A stretch of 60,106 nt of DNA, filler included, from Sphacelaria rigidula (lineage: Eukaryota): assembly GCA_964200075.2 (NCBI GenBank). It is 10 parts of 10 records of this genome, joined end to end, with 100 filler letters (N's around TTAATTAATTAA, not from the genome) between each part and the next. Parts side by side here need not be neighbours in the genome. Positions count along the whole stretch, not along the records: positions 24,085 to 30,005 come from CAXNAA020023482.1; positions 30,106 to 36,026 come from CAXNAA020023483.1; positions 36,127 to 42,046 come from CAXNAA020023484.1; 7 more parts are not named here. The stretch is one strand, 5' to 3'. A program made the translations under genes and the position numbers. Position 1 is the first letter of the stretch. The number at the start of each line of letters is the position of its first letter. This document shows, piece after piece, positions 24,085 through 36,840 of the stretch. Under the pieces are notes generated by a model. It was given only the letters and a program-made list of their open reading frames with translations, had not been told where the DNA came from and ran no database searches.

Positions 24085-27000
24085 CGGGTTCTCGCCGGAC
24101 CAGGCTTGCACTCAAACCACCAAGCGCGAAGCACCGTGGTGTGTGTGGAGGAGGGGGGTACGTGGGGTCTCGGAGGTTTTGTTTTGGGCACTCTCAAGTG
24201 GCCTGAAAAATATCCTTGAAAGACTCCCACGTACGCTCCTCAACTTCGAAACCAGCCCAGTCGACCAACACGATCAACGAACGATCGTCTGCTTCTGCCA
24301 CTCGGACAATACTAGCCATTTCAAATCGCCCCTGAATGAAGGCGTTCTGGAACACGCTTAACGTCAGCCGTAACATTAAGCTGCGAGTCTGCATAAAACC
24401 GCAAACGAGCTACATGGGCGGTCTGAACACGACCCGAAACAATGTTCGGCATCTCAAACACGTGCGGGCGATGAGCCCCAACCACTCTCCATGGACCAGT
24501 CCATGCCGCCATCAACTTCGGCGTAACGCCCGGACGACGCACGCGTGCATACAAGACAATGTTGCCTACTTCAACATTCGGCAATCCCAGCCCCGACGAG
24601 GACCCCTCACGTCTACGTGCATGTTCAGTGGCAACACGTTCCTGCACTCGAACGTGGAGACGTTCTTGCAAGTCTAAGACTCCTTGCAATGCACACGTTA
24701 TTTAAATAACGTCCAAGACATCACATTTCCAGTCCCCCGCCGACGAAGACGCCAGCACTGAGGAAAACGTCCAAGGAGCACGACCAAGTACGTCCACCCA
24801 CTCGGAAACCGCTCAACACTGCTCGAGAAGAATAGAGCGAAGAGCACGAACTACTTCCTTGATCATGCGTTCATACGTGCCGTCAGACCACGGAGAATAA
24901 GCCACCGCAAACTGGTGATCAACGCGCAAAGCCTCTCGCAATCTGGCGAAGATCGCATTTATGAAATGCGTGGCGGTATCACTCACCCACACACGCGGCA
25001 CCCACAAAGTTCTGCACCAATTTAGCAAAGATGCAGCAGTTGATTCCGCAGTACACACTGTTATTGGTTTCAGAGACACAAACTTTCTCAAATCATCCAT
25101 GATTACCAAAAATGTTTCAAAATCCACCATCCTCCGACAAACCTCGAGAAGCTAGCGGGCCACTCTCGCCCACGTACAAGAAATCAGAATGAACGACTTC
25201 ATTCGGCATGGTTCCATGGACCGTTTCGCCGACAGGGCGGGGAACAACATTGCCCGCCCTCAAGTCAGCATAGTGAAGACACTGGCGGACATATTCGCGC
25301 ACACGAGTTGTTATCCCCTGCCAGAAACAACACTCTTGCAAGTGCACGAGCGTCGAAGCCACACCACGATGCCCGGCGTCGCGCATGTGCGCGCAAATCA
25401 TCAGACGTACCTGCAACTGCTTGTCAGAACTCGGAATCCACAAATTTTTCGGCCACGCACATGCACACAAAATAGATCTTCATTGTCCAAGATAGCAGTA
25501 CCAACGTCCGACTCGAAAGATTGCACATCCGCATCTTCGCCCACAAGGTCTTTTCGTTGCGCTTGGCGGACAGCAGATTTGGACGGCATCGAGTCATCAG
25601 GTTCACACGGACCATACACAGTCACAGCACGCACCGGCATTTGCATTTCAACTGTAGGCACCTGCATAACCAAGCTACCCCAATGGCACTCAGATGCATC
25701 CAGAAACATTGACACCTAACAATCAGGACGAGGGTGGAACAGCGTCACGGAATGAGCCACCAGATCCTTCGCTGCCGCCCACGCCTGAAGCCTGCCCTCC
25801 GTCCAAAATGCAGCATTCTTCGGAAACGCCATATCTGGACTGGACCATCCCGCCTGCATATTCCGCAACATCAGCCCAAGCGCCAAAAGAGCCGCCATGC
25901 ACGACGCCAACCTACTCGACTTCACCGGATCGTACCGCCGCGGCTTCGCCTTCACTGCGGACGCCCTAGGTTGTAGCTGAAGACGCATGGGCTCCACGCG
26001 CGCAGGGAGATCACCCCGCAGCGCACGACGAAACGCGTTGATGCGGCAATGTAATACGCCGCGCAGGCGCTTCGCTTTTGAAACGCTGAGGCCTGTCGCC
26101 CCAGCATCCGTCACGCTCTCCTCCAGCGCGACCTCCCGAGCGAACGCTTCTTCCGCCGGAATCATTGGCATCTTCGGGCCGCGCTCTACCAAGCGTTTCA
26201 CCGCCGCATCCTGCTCCTCGGTCACCTGCCCTCCAACGTCCTGAAAAGCATCCACCGACAAGCTCACGTGGCGACCGCCCAAAACGGGGGGCGTTTCCAA
26301 GCGCGGACTAGGCGGAGACATCCGCGTCTTCATGAGGTCCCACAACCGCCGATCGTCGACTCCAATATCCTTGAGCATCGGCAACCCCAGAGGAATAACG
26401 CCATCCGACCCCGGCATAACCGCAAACGAGATCGGAGGCAACTGCGCCGGCCCCCAGGAAGTCGTGAAAGTCAGCTGCAGCGGAACAGTACGCTCTGTGA
26501 CGTGAACATGCTGGCTCGACGCGATGACGGCCTACCGCGCCCCGAGCGAATACGGCTTGCGCAGCGGCACACCCGGGAGAAGACGCTCCAACATCTCTAC
26601 AATCTGCGCTGACAGACTCACATGACCAGTCCAGTGGGCGCCAAAATCCCACATAGCCCGAACCGCAATGGTTCCACGCTTCTTTTGATTTGGAAGACAC
26701 AGCTCCGCAGGAACGTTCCTATCCACACACTCCACTGGAAATTTATTCGCCAACCGATGCGCCGCTAATCCCACTTGACGCCACGGCTGCGCAAGCTGCG
26801 CAAGCTGCGCAGGCGAAGACGTCCCGGCAGGTCCAAACGGCACCGCCGGCGGGTATGACCCCCAGCCAGCAGACCAAGAATTTGGCGAACCTCCGACCAG
26901 CGCGTCAGCAGGCGTCGCGCCTGGCGCTGCTGGCGGTGTCGCCGCCGGCGCCACCACCGGCGCCGGCGCAGTGTTCGACACTGTAGAAGTCGGTCCCACC

Positions 27001-28086
27001 TGCACCGCCCGTTGCGAAGCAGCAGCAGGGGCAGCGGCGCCGGACTCAGAACCAGACCCATGCTGACGCCGCTGCCCCTGCTGCTTCTGCTGCTGCTGAG
27101 GACTCGACGGCGACCCTCCACCGCCGGAGGATCCGCCGCCGCCACCCCGATTTCCTCGTCTTTTATTCGTATGCTGACCATGCTGATGACGCGCGGCATG
27201 AGACTGCCCAGACTCTCCACCGGAAGACGTTGGGCAATCGCGCGCGTAATGACCGACCTGGCCACAACCGACCTGGCCACAACAGTGGCAAATGCCCGCC
27301 GCATGCCCAGCATGCTTTTTGATCGCCGCAACCAATTGAGGCGGGGTGATTATGATCTTCTTATTCTCCAAACAAGCAAACACTCTCTGCACATGAGTTG
27401 GCATTTGTTGAGCAATTGGCACCACCTGATGCTGCACACCAGTTAGCGTGCTTCACACGCTTCTTGTACTCAAAGTCGTTCGTAATAAAAGTGCGAGACG
27501 CACTCTCTTAGTACTTATCCTCGTATTGAGGAGGTTGCAACTTTTTCCGAATGACCACGGGTGTCGTCATAGCTGTAACCGGCTATCTACGAACCTTTTG
27601 CAGGCCAGCGGACCTTCGCAAATTGCACTCTTCCTTGCTTCGTCGCCGCACCATACAGTTATAGGAGCCCTAAACTCCCGGTGCACATAGCTCCAGCAAG
27701 TCTCCAGTCCGGATCAATCACAAGCCAACCACCTTTCTGCAGCTACCATCAGCTTTGAACCCCCTTCACACGTCCGTGATCCTTCAGGTTGTCCCCAGCC
27801 TCCAGACTCTCCCGCCGAAATCCTTCCCAGAAGGTTTCTAGCACTAACATTGGCACTAAAATCGATATTGTGACGCCAGCCGAAGAAGGACTGGTGGATC
27901 ACTGTTGTTGAGGAACTCCCCAGTCTTACTGGCCTCATTTTCAGTTTTCAGCCTGTACAACATATCATTATCATGGAGTGCTGTTCCAAGGCATCCACCT
28001 GGAAACGCCAGGGTATTAACCTAGTGTCCCCGGTCATTATCCAGATCATCACTACCAACTCAACGTAACGGCGTAATTTCGCCACA
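24085..28086 (-). mobile_element. Degenerate Ty3/gypsy LTR retrotransposon with chromodomain integrase; RT core deleted
   Basis: Gag knuckle CHCCGQVG(CGQVG)HYARDC; protease-like WDFGA; RNase H start FLDASECHWG; integrase H...GHRG...C, SDTATHF, YSPWSDGTYER, WTGPW; chromo-like LVDWAGFEVEERTWES; many frameshifts; probable 5' LTR begins TGTGGCGAAAT at 28086. Confidence 0.9.
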
Positions 28087-28099
28087 GGCCATTGAATGT

Positions 28100-29900
28100 T
28101 GTTGGGGGATGACCATTGAATGTGATCAAGGTTAATGGCTTTGAATTCGCTGAGTCGGAGGACTTTACCATGAAGGAGTAGTTTCCGCGTACCGCAGGCG
28201 TAACTGGTCTCAAGATATCGGCGCTCATGAGTATAAGGTGTTGTTTTCTATGAAGGTGGTGCTGTCTCTCCGAATCAGAATTTCGAAAGGTTAGGCATAC
28301 AGGTATGATTATTTGCCTACGTTTGTCCTGATCCCTGTAAGCGCCGCCGTGCCCCCGGAAGAGGTGCCGACCTAAGCCCGTTATATTCGTAGCCGACAAG
28401 GCGCAGTCACGCGTAAGTCTTGGTCGTACACAGCACGAGTAGGAAGCCTGCTCATGCTGACTCCGACGAGGGAGTTCATTTCGGCGACGACGATTGGTAC
28501 AGGGGGATCGGACTTGACGAGGTCCTGCACGCTGACTCGGTACCGTTGGTGAGGTCGCCGTCAACTATGTGTAAAGAGGCCCCGCAGTCAGTTGTCATGT
28601 TGAAATACACTAGGCCCCAGCCTGACGTCCTGGAATATGCGAGAAACGAGCATCCGATATCAGATGGAGGCTCCGTGGCGACGGTTCTGTAAGGTGTGGT
28701 CGTAGCAGACACCCCGGAGGCTACTGGAGTGAACAGCTGGGCCGGCACCGTGGAGACAGGCGAGTGAACCGCCAAAGTATAGCGGCATCAGCGGCGAAAT
28801 CCATATCATCGTGTCTCATGCTTGACCCCGCACCATTGTTTCCATTACCACATTTGCCGCCGCTGCCACCGTTGCCGCCGTTGCCGCCGTTGCCACCGTT
28901 TCTACCGTTGCGATCGTGAGGGATGCTACGGTAGGGATGCACAAATATTTTCTGGGGTTTGAATCGTTACAAGCCCTGTATCTCATCCAAAACACGAGTT
29001 ATGAAATGTGTGAGAGTATGCTAGGAACCAGTCCAATGTGCTAGGGATGTCCAAAATGAACTTGCAAACGGGGTTACCTTGACCCATATTCTTGTGCATC
29101 TGAATTCTTTAGGAGTCCCTGAAGCAGACAAGATTTCGCGGAAAAAGTGCACCCCTACCGTAGCATTGCTCTCGTCGCCGCCACTGCCGCCGTTGTCGCG
29201 CCTCTGCTGTTGACACGACAATTCGCGTTGTCACGTAAAGTGGTCTTGTGAAAATCCACCAGACTCTTGTGCTGGTATCCCGTATACTAGTAACCCAAAC
29301 CGCGGGTTGTAGGCGTAGTTTCATCGTTGGCTCGGCACGCCGCAAAGCATGGTTTGGACTATTGCAAGCATTCAAGATCTAGGATAAGAACAACAAAAGT
29401 GAAACATGTACAAGACTACAAAAGCCGTTACTCTGCACCAGTGTAAAGAACGTTCCGAGATCCGTTCACAAAAAGACCAGGCACAGTTACAACTGTTGTG
29501 AAAACCGGTTAAATTGATTGAATTCATGTATCCAATGGCAGACATTATTATTTCTGCAAGAGCGGCCTGTGGCGAAAGATTCTGCGTCAGGCTCTGATCC
29601 GAGCTTGAAATGGTCCGCCTCCTCGTGCCCGGGCTTCATGGATGAATTACAGGCAAACTCCCGCCGCCTTCATAGCCGATGCACGCACTTGTTTGCCGGT
29701 ATGTGACGAAGTATTACCGTGAGCAAAACGATCGACGTAAATGTCCCGCACGGTGACGTTCAGCTCCGTGAATCTCACTCCATGGTCAAGCTAGGATTCA
29801 TCATACTCGTCAGTGAGACCCTCCGCTACGATATCGAAAATGCGCACAACATACACTTCCTTAGCAACGATTTTCAACTGCTCGTACAAAATTGATGTAC
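28100..29900 (-). mobile_element. Degenerate Ty1/copia gag-protease relic
   Basis: Fragments IVAEGLTDEYD (gag), HKTTLRDNANC (knuckle-like), MTTDCGASLHIVD (copia DSGAS.H protease), GLGRHLF (VP.L..NL.S motif). Confidence 0.65.
28918..29171. mobile_element. Sola-like MITE (GAG...CTC termini, 4-bp TSD TCGT) inserted in the copia relic
   Basis: TIR GAGGGATGCTACGGTAGGGATGCAC / GTGCACCCCTACCGTAGCATTGCTC; TCGT on both flanks. Confidence 0.85.
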
Positions 29901-29935
29901 GTACGCCTCGAAAACATCTGCTTCACTTCCAGGCT

Positions 29936-30005
29936 GAGCAATGCTACGGTAGGGGTGCACTTTTTTCGCGAAATTTTGTCTGGTTCAGGGGCTCCTAACG
30001 CTTCT
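29936..30005. mobile_element. End of the same Sola-like MITE family, cut by the contig end
   Basis: GAGCAATGCTACGGTAGGGGTGCAC. Confidence 0.75.
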
Positions 30006-30105
30006 NNNNNNNNNNNNNNNNNNNNNNNNNNNNNNNNNNNNNNNNNNNNTTAATTAATTAANNNNNNNNNNNNNNNNNNNNNNNNNNNNNNNNNNNNNNN
30101 NNNNN
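30006..30105. other. Artificial contig linker
   Basis: Same cassette. Confidence 0.98.
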
Positions 30106-30218
30106 GCCGTACCGACAAGACCGGTCATGGCCTTCGTCGGAGGACGGGGAACGGAGTTTTTAATACTTGGACGTTATTTTTCGCCCTGTTTTTGTTTCTA
30201 CCCGTGTTCGTTTGCTAG

Positions 30219-30356
30219 GCGTTGGGGCTAGTGTCGGCGGGTACGAACAACTCTCGAGTGGCGCAGCTTCTCCGACAACTATCGGAGTTCCACAGCAGGG
30301 ATGCGTCTAATCTGTTCGTCACGCGCATTGCACAGGGTCTCAACCACATGGGCAAG
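30219..30356 (+). CDS. RPN1: 26S proteasome regulatory subunit RPN1/PSMD2, internal exon
   Basis: [51 protein letters not shown], phase 0; not in the ORF track. Confidence 0.95.
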
Positions 30357-30359
30357 GTA

Positions 30360-30899
30360 CAGTAGTGGGTCGTCTAACTTTTCACTTCGTGGCATTTTGT
30401 GATTTTTTCCGTATTCGGCGAGTTTCTTGGGCTCTTTCCGCCTGCCACGGTTTATCACATCGGGGGTCTGAAGATATTTGTCTCCGTCCCACATTCCTAG
30501 AAAAAAAAGTCATATGTACTCAATTTTGGGTTACTTACGGGCTGACCGGTCACCGGGGGTCCTGCCACGTTTCAGCCCAGATTCTTACACTTCGGTATTT
30601 TCGGTCGATTGAGCCTGTCCCGATCATGTTCGTTGAGAAATGTACAGTTTTATTTTTTCGAAATTTTACCTACTCATTGCACCAGAGCCGGAAAACTGTG
30701 TTGTACGGTCAAAAACACCCTCCTGACAAACGGGATATTTACTCGTATCGCCCGATAACACCATCACTGACTTGGGCACTGTGTTTCGGGAATGATCTGT
30801 TGATTGTACCAAAATCTACAGACGCTAGCAATTTCAAATTCTATCGAAGACTAGTAGGCGAAGAAACCCTCAAACACCCCTGAACACCGCCCACTACTG
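30360..30899. mobile_element. Tc1/mariner-type MITE with TA TSD, inserted into the RPN1 splice donor
   Basis: TA|CAGTAGTGGG...CCCACTACTG|TA. Confidence 0.88.
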
Positions 30900-32195
30900 T
30901 AGGTGTGCGGATCATGGGGTAGTCTGATGCGTGTCACTCTCCAGTGCATGTTCGTGATAACTTTGGGTTGTGAAAAGCATTTCGTATACTACGGAGTGGC
31001 TGTATAGCCTATTGTCATAATTATTGTGTAGAGCCATTAATATGTATGTGCGTGTGTTTGTTTGTTTTTTCGCTGGATGCAAAAATCTAAACTGTATTTT
31101 TGGTTTTGGTTTTGAGTTGAATACAAGGCATGCTAAACAAATGCCTCTCGCATTATTTATTCTCATGAATGATATTCCAAATTTCATGAGAAGTCCTCGA
31201 GGGGTCATTGATGTAACCCTTTTTGAGCGATAACGAGAGATGAACGACTGTGTGTCTGGATCCACGTTGTTGAAGAAGTGGCATATATGAATATGTTGGC
31301 CTATGCTAAAGAGATGGAAACACGCGCACCTACCTGCCCGTCAGTGTGGACTCTCGTGGTCATAGTGGCACACGACATGTTCCCTCCCCCCGCCCTCATT
31401 CGGTTAAAGCTTGAAAAAACGCGGTGTGATTTTTTGTGGAAGGGAGAGAGGGATTATATAATGCATGAGCGTTTTGCGCCTGCTGCTTTTTTTTCGCTAT
31501 CGGCATTGACCGGTAAAGAAGTCCTTTCACTTTTTGACGAGAGCTGCGCTACGCACTCCTCTATGCCACCGCTACACCTTGACACTACTTCCAGTTCATT
31601 TCAACACTGGTAAAACGGCAACACTCGCAGCATGCATACTAAATACCTTATTCGCGATGATACTGCACACTCAATCTTCATCCACCACGTGGTAGTCTGC
31701 CCGCAGGGAAGACTACACAGTATACACACATGTAGGAATTCAGTTCAACACGTGTACGTGCGGCGGCCGATAGTGTGCAGGGCGATACGAAGTCGTGTCA
31801 CCGTGGGGGTTGTACATTTGGAAACTCAGACGTTTCTCCTTCAGGGAGTCCTAAAGTTAGGAGCCGCACAGGAAAATGGGTCGGGACATTCCCGTTTTGA
31901 AATTTATTCGAGATATTCCTAGATCATTGAAGAGCTAATCGTAGAGTGCTTTAACATGTTTCATTTGTCAGCTTTTATATTCATTTTCGTGAGATGAGCT
32001 CCCAACAACACAAACCCGAGAACATGAATTGTGGAACCCCACCTGTGTACTATGCTGCTAAAAAATCAGCTCACGGTAGATACTAACCGTTATTTCAGTA
32101 GCATTTTTGCGGTGGTGTTTTTGTTTTGGTACTTCCTTATTATGCACGTACATGTTAACCTTTTTTCTGCTTGATACAATTTGTATCTTTGGCAG

Positions 32196-32372
32196 GGGCT
32201 GGTGACACTGCACCCTTTCCACTCCGACCGACTCATCCTCAACCCCGCGGGTTTGGCGGGGGTTCTGACAGTGTTGCACCTGTGCATGGACCTGAAGAGC
32301 ACTCTGCTGGATAAGCACCACTACCTGCTCTACTACATCACAGCGGCCATGAACCCACGCATGCTCATGACG
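32196..32372 (+). CDS. RPN1: RPN1 internal exon
   Basis: GLVTLHPFHSDRLILNPAGLAGVLTVL...HHYLLYYITAAMNPRMLMT; CAG/GTAAG. Confidence 0.96.
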
Positions 32373-32699
32373 GTAAGATAATGCAATTTTTTATGCGCGA
32401 GATACGGCGGGCTTCGCACACATGAACGTTTTCACGTTGATGTTCACGTACACATTGACGTTGACATTCATGTCGGCGTCTAGACTCACTGTTTTTTTCT
32501 TCTACAGAAGTCGTTGGTTTTTTTCGTAAACATCGCATCAGGCCTTTTTGATGCAATACCTGCAATCGAAATTTGCCCGTCGTCGAAAAGTGCTTCCGTA
32601 CAGTACGTAGCTGAAGGCTCTCGTTGCTCAGTTCGTTAGTGCGGTTGCAGAGTGAGCAGCAGGCCCATGGTTCAACTTCGTGCGGGATATGCCTTTGCT

Positions 32700-33147
32700 G
32701 CGCCCCGGTCGTCGAATGGCACAGGGCGGGACAAATGCGGCTTCGTTTCCCGCCAAATGTGTCTAGTTTGGGTTCTTCTCTCGGAAGCATATGATTTCAG
32801 TTGTTGAGAGTGTGAGAACGTGCGTGTGTGTTTTTTTTCTTGTATTTTCGGCTGAGTTTGCTCGACAATAGTTGACACGGTGCAGGAGTAGTGCTGGTCC
32901 AATCCGCAATACCAGGATCTCAGGCATGTATCGGGGGAGATATACGTTGACTCCACACTCTGGATAATATGTGGTCAACAGGTGCAGTAGACGAAGAAAA
33001 TGTACCGGGTGAAAGGCCTATTTCAACTAGTGTTGCAGTACATTTTTTGTCTGTTGCATCTATTGACCTCATATATTGTGCAGTGTGTGGTTGACTCCCC
33101 TGAGACCGCAGAGTCGTCGCGAGGAAGGGGACAAGTTTAAAAAAGAA
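32700..33147 (+). mobile_element. Diverged tRNA-derived SINE (same family as 54835-55151) in an RPN1 intron
   Basis: Shared blocks GTGAGAACGTG, AGTTGAC.CGGTGC.GGAGT, CCAATCCGC and an A-rich tail; boundaries approximate. Confidence 0.6.
32954..33089. mobile_element. 136-bp MITE with 8-bp TSD (GTTGACTC), nested in the SINE
   Basis: GTTGACTC|CACACTCTGGATAATATGTGGTCAA...TTGACCTCATATATTGTGCAGTGTGTG|GTTGACTC. Confidence 0.8.
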
Positions 33148-33491
33148 TAATGGTTGGAGGAAGACGGATTTTGTCTTAGGGGGGGGGGGGTCGTGTCATG
33201 CTATATTCAAGCCTTATTCCCTTAGTTTCGCACAGGATGTTTTCATGGGGTATGCGTATCAGATGGTTGGCAAAAAAAATCACCCGGTAGGTTTTGTTTG
33301 TTTTGGAGTATGAGTACTTTTTTTCCCCCTGCTGTGATGTTCCTTGTATCTTCGTTCACTTCCCGCACCCTCCCGTATCCCCCCTGTCCCATTGTTTTGT
33401 TTCGGGTGACTTATGTCATCACTGACTTCCCCGAGTGTAAGCAACCCCTCCCTTGTTTCTCCCGTTTTTTCCCGTTCTGTTTTCCGACCAG

Positions 33492-33638
33492 GTGGATGAA
33501 GAGCTGAATCCGTTGCCGGTTAATGTTAGGGTGGGACAGGCTGTGGAAACGGTAGGACAGGCGGGGAAGCCGAAGACAATTACCGGCTTCCAGACGCACA
33601 CTACCCCAGTACTCTTGGGTGTGCGAGACCGCGCAGAG
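33492..33638 (+). CDS. RPN1: RPN1 exon near the C-terminus
   Basis: [49 protein letters not shown], a highly conserved RPN1 motif; CAG/GTGAG. Confidence 0.97.
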
Positions 33639-33711
33639 GTGAGGCGCATGCTGCGTTCATGCTGCTCAGTATGACCGACAGCACTTGCTGGTAACATTGG
33701 TTAGATTTTGA

Positions 33712-33968
33712 GAGCAATGCTACGGTAGGGGTGCCCTTTTTTCCCGAAATTTTGTCTGGTTCAGGGGCTCCTGACGATTTTAGACGCACAAGAATATGGG
33801 CCAGAGCATCCCCGTTTGCAGATTTCTTCGGGATATCCCCAGCACATTGGAATAGTTATCCTGGCGTACTCTCGCATATTTTCATGAGTCGTGTTTTGGA
33901 TGAGATGAGGTGCTCCTAACAGTTTTAACCTCGGAATATCTTCATGTACCCCGACTGTAGCATCACAT
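33712..33968. mobile_element. Sola-like MITE, same family as 28918-29171 (opposite orientation)
   Basis: GAGCAATGCTACGGTAGGGGTGC start, homologous body, degenerate right TIR. Confidence 0.75.
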
Positions 33969-34097
33969 GAAGATGTTTGACTATGTCAGTCGTGCCGCGG
34001 TAGGGCCTGCAGATTTTGACCCAGATGTTCATCATCGAGGGCCTTTCCTGAAGCCAGGAGCTACACGAGAATATAGGTGAAGATATTTCCCGTTTAA

Positions 34098-34965
34098 CCC
34101 TTTTGAGACCGACCCCCCACTAACACAGGGTTGACCCTGTGTTAGTGAAATAATCAAAAATAAGTCTTCGAGCGACCTGCCCAATCACGGCGAGGCGAAA
34201 TTTATCGACCAGACCCGAACGACCATTGCTGGGGTTTTCGCGAGTATCATGCCATCATGCCACTGTAAAGATCGTGTGGGGACCCTATCCCTAGCCCAGA
34301 TAAGCCTTCGCAGGTTTCCAAGCGCAGGGCGGTCGGAGCTTGGTTATATGATACGACCTGCACTCAGTATACCGTTCCCGAGTTTTCCGGTGTTTTTTTG
34401 GGGTCTCAATTCCCTACTAGAACGTAGTAATTTACATTAACACAGGGTCGACCGGAAAAGCCGGGAAGGAGTGTACATGCTACCATGTGGTCATTTTCAC
34501 CACGCCCTAAAACCAGGTGGGCTGTGGAAAGACAAAAAGATCTACTGCCATGAGTTCTACTTATCCCTCTGGCGATGACTTTCAGGGTGCAGTCAACATG
34601 TATGTAGTGGGCGGGGATGAAGAAGCGGTATATAGGTAGTTGATCTCGGTAGCTGAGAATTACCCAGAACGTGCAAGGGAGTAAGCAGGGGCAACTGCTG
34701 CTTCAGTTGGAGAGGCGTACTACAGTGTACTGTACTATATACTGCTGTATGTATGCGCGCCGCAACGCTGATACCCTTCGGAGAGAATTTGCCGCATGCA
34801 ACAAAGGGGGCAGTGGCGGCCCGCCCCGAGCACAAAGGGCTGTGCGGCAAGGTGATTGGGACAAACTTATAATCCAAAGCCACAAGTGGCGGGCGGCCCG
34901 CCGGTCGCCGCATCCTGTTGGAAGCTCTCTCCCGCGACACACTGCTTGGTACATCAGATGTACAG
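34098..34965 (+). mobile_element. piggyBac-like non-autonomous element (TTAA|CCC terminus)
   Basis: TTAA at 34094-34097 followed by CCCTTT; homologous to 575-2039; far boundary approximate. Confidence 0.6.
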
Positions 34966-35134
34966 TAGTCAGCGTCAGTAGTATGCAGAATGCGCACTTT
35001 CTTAGTTCCTCAAAGATTGTCCAAAATTGTTTTGCTTGCCATCACTGATCACAGTGACTGTTGGATGCCAAAAAATGGGCATCCGGAGATATTTTATACC
35101 TCTTGACAAATCTTGAAAGAAAAATCATCTGCGA

Positions 35135-35830
35135 TCATGAGTGACTTACGGGCTTGACCGATCTTCAGGGATCCTGCGAAAATACGACCCCAGGCTCTAG
35201 CTTTTCGATATATTCGGTGGACCGACTCGATCCGGATCACATCAATGAAGACTCAAAAATGATTGTTTTTTTTTTAATTCCACCTAGTCAATGCGCTAAA
35301 GCATGAAACTATGTTTCTTGGACCATTTACGGTCAATAACACCCTCCTAATACACGGGGTCTTTACCAGTATCGCCCCCACGACACCAACTTGGGCGATT
35401 GTGATTTGAGCACAGTGTGCTTATTTTGCCAAAACGTTCGACGCTAGCACTTTCGAGTGCTCATGTAAAATGTTATGCGAAAAAACCCCGAAAATAGGTC
35501 ATCCGCAGAAAATGCTACACTGAGGTCTGTGCAGTATAGGAGGGAAACACGATCTCGATCGTTATTGTGAAGAATTTTATGCGTATTCGTTTATCTGAAT
35601 ATTTACCGTTTCGTCGCTGAAAAGCGGGAAAACTGCTTATATTGGACCAAAAACGGTCAATAATACCCTCCTGATAAACAGGGTATCAAGTCCGTATCGC
35701 CCCCAAAACACCAACTTGAGCCCTGCAGTGTGAGCGCGGTCTACGCTTTCTCCCTAAATCTACCGGCGCCAGCACTTTCAAGTAGTAGTGAAGAATAGTA
35801 CTCCAAAAAAACTCACAAAATAGAACAACT
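35135..35830 (+). repeat. Diverged partial copies related to the 22498/30360 MITE body
   Basis: ATGAGTGACTTACGGGC and two ACGGTCAATAA.ACCCTCCT blocks. Confidence 0.55.
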
Positions 35831-36026
35831 ACGAATTCTGAAAACTTCTGATGCTGACTACTATACACCACCTAATGTGCACCCTGCACCTGAAAATAGA
35901 CTACATTAAACTTTCGGTCTTCGTCATAACCCTGCAGTTACATACGCGGATTTACAGCAACACGCCACTGTTTCGTTTAGACGCCAGACACGTCATTCCT
36001 GACCAGCCTCTTGGTCGTTCTGGAGG

Positions 36027-36126
36027 NNNNNNNNNNNNNNNNNNNNNNNNNNNNNNNNNNNNNNNNNNNNTTAATTAATTAANNNNNNNNNNNNNNNNNN
36101 NNNNNNNNNNNNNNNNNNNNNNNNNN
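36027..36126. other. Artificial contig linker
   Basis: Same cassette. Confidence 0.98.
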
Positions 36127-36840
36127 CCGGCCCGAAAGGGATGCGTGGTCAATGGCCGCCCGACTAAGGCAAGCAACAAATGGGTACGCCCCCCCCCCCC
36201 GGCCCGCCCTTCATGTAGCATCCCTAACGGTCACGCTTACTTTCTTCTTTCGTAGTGGTTACGTGGTTATCTGCTTTGATCTCCCCTTCGACGTTTTCTC
36301 CCCAGTTCTCTCCATCTGTGCCTATTTTTTATTTTTTTTAATTCGATTGAGGGTGGTGGGTTGTAACCTTTTTCAGGGCACGTCCCGCGCTCAGCAAAAA
36401 AAAAGGAAAAGTACTTCTATGTGGGGTGTTGAGGGCACGTTTGAAAAGCACTTGAAAAACGGGTTAAATCCCGGGATGTGTCAGCTGCGTGGAGATGTAT
36501 GTGGCGTCTGGATAGGGAGGGCGTTACATTGACGCATGATTTCTCCGTGTCAAGGATGTAGTTCAAATCAAGAGTATCCAAAGAAAGGAAGAAACATGGT
36601 CTATGGTCGATCAAATGTCCTCGAACAGCCCGAACACTTCTCGGAGTTTAGCACCCCTCCGGTGAGCACCTTATCTTGGGGTTGAGGGTCCTTATCTGCT
36701 GATACTAATAAATTGTGTTTAACGTCAGGTTCGCTTTTTGCTCTCGGCCATTTTTGTTCGAAACCTCCACGCGTGCGACACCCGCGGTGTTAGTACCTGC
36801 GGCACTGCTGCCACGCGCGTTAGCCGCGGCTTACCACCAG

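Noticed and set aside
13483..33638. Apparent ubiquitin/proteasome cluster (DeSI, NZF-SET, RPN1)
   Set aside because: The genes are on different contigs joined only by size order
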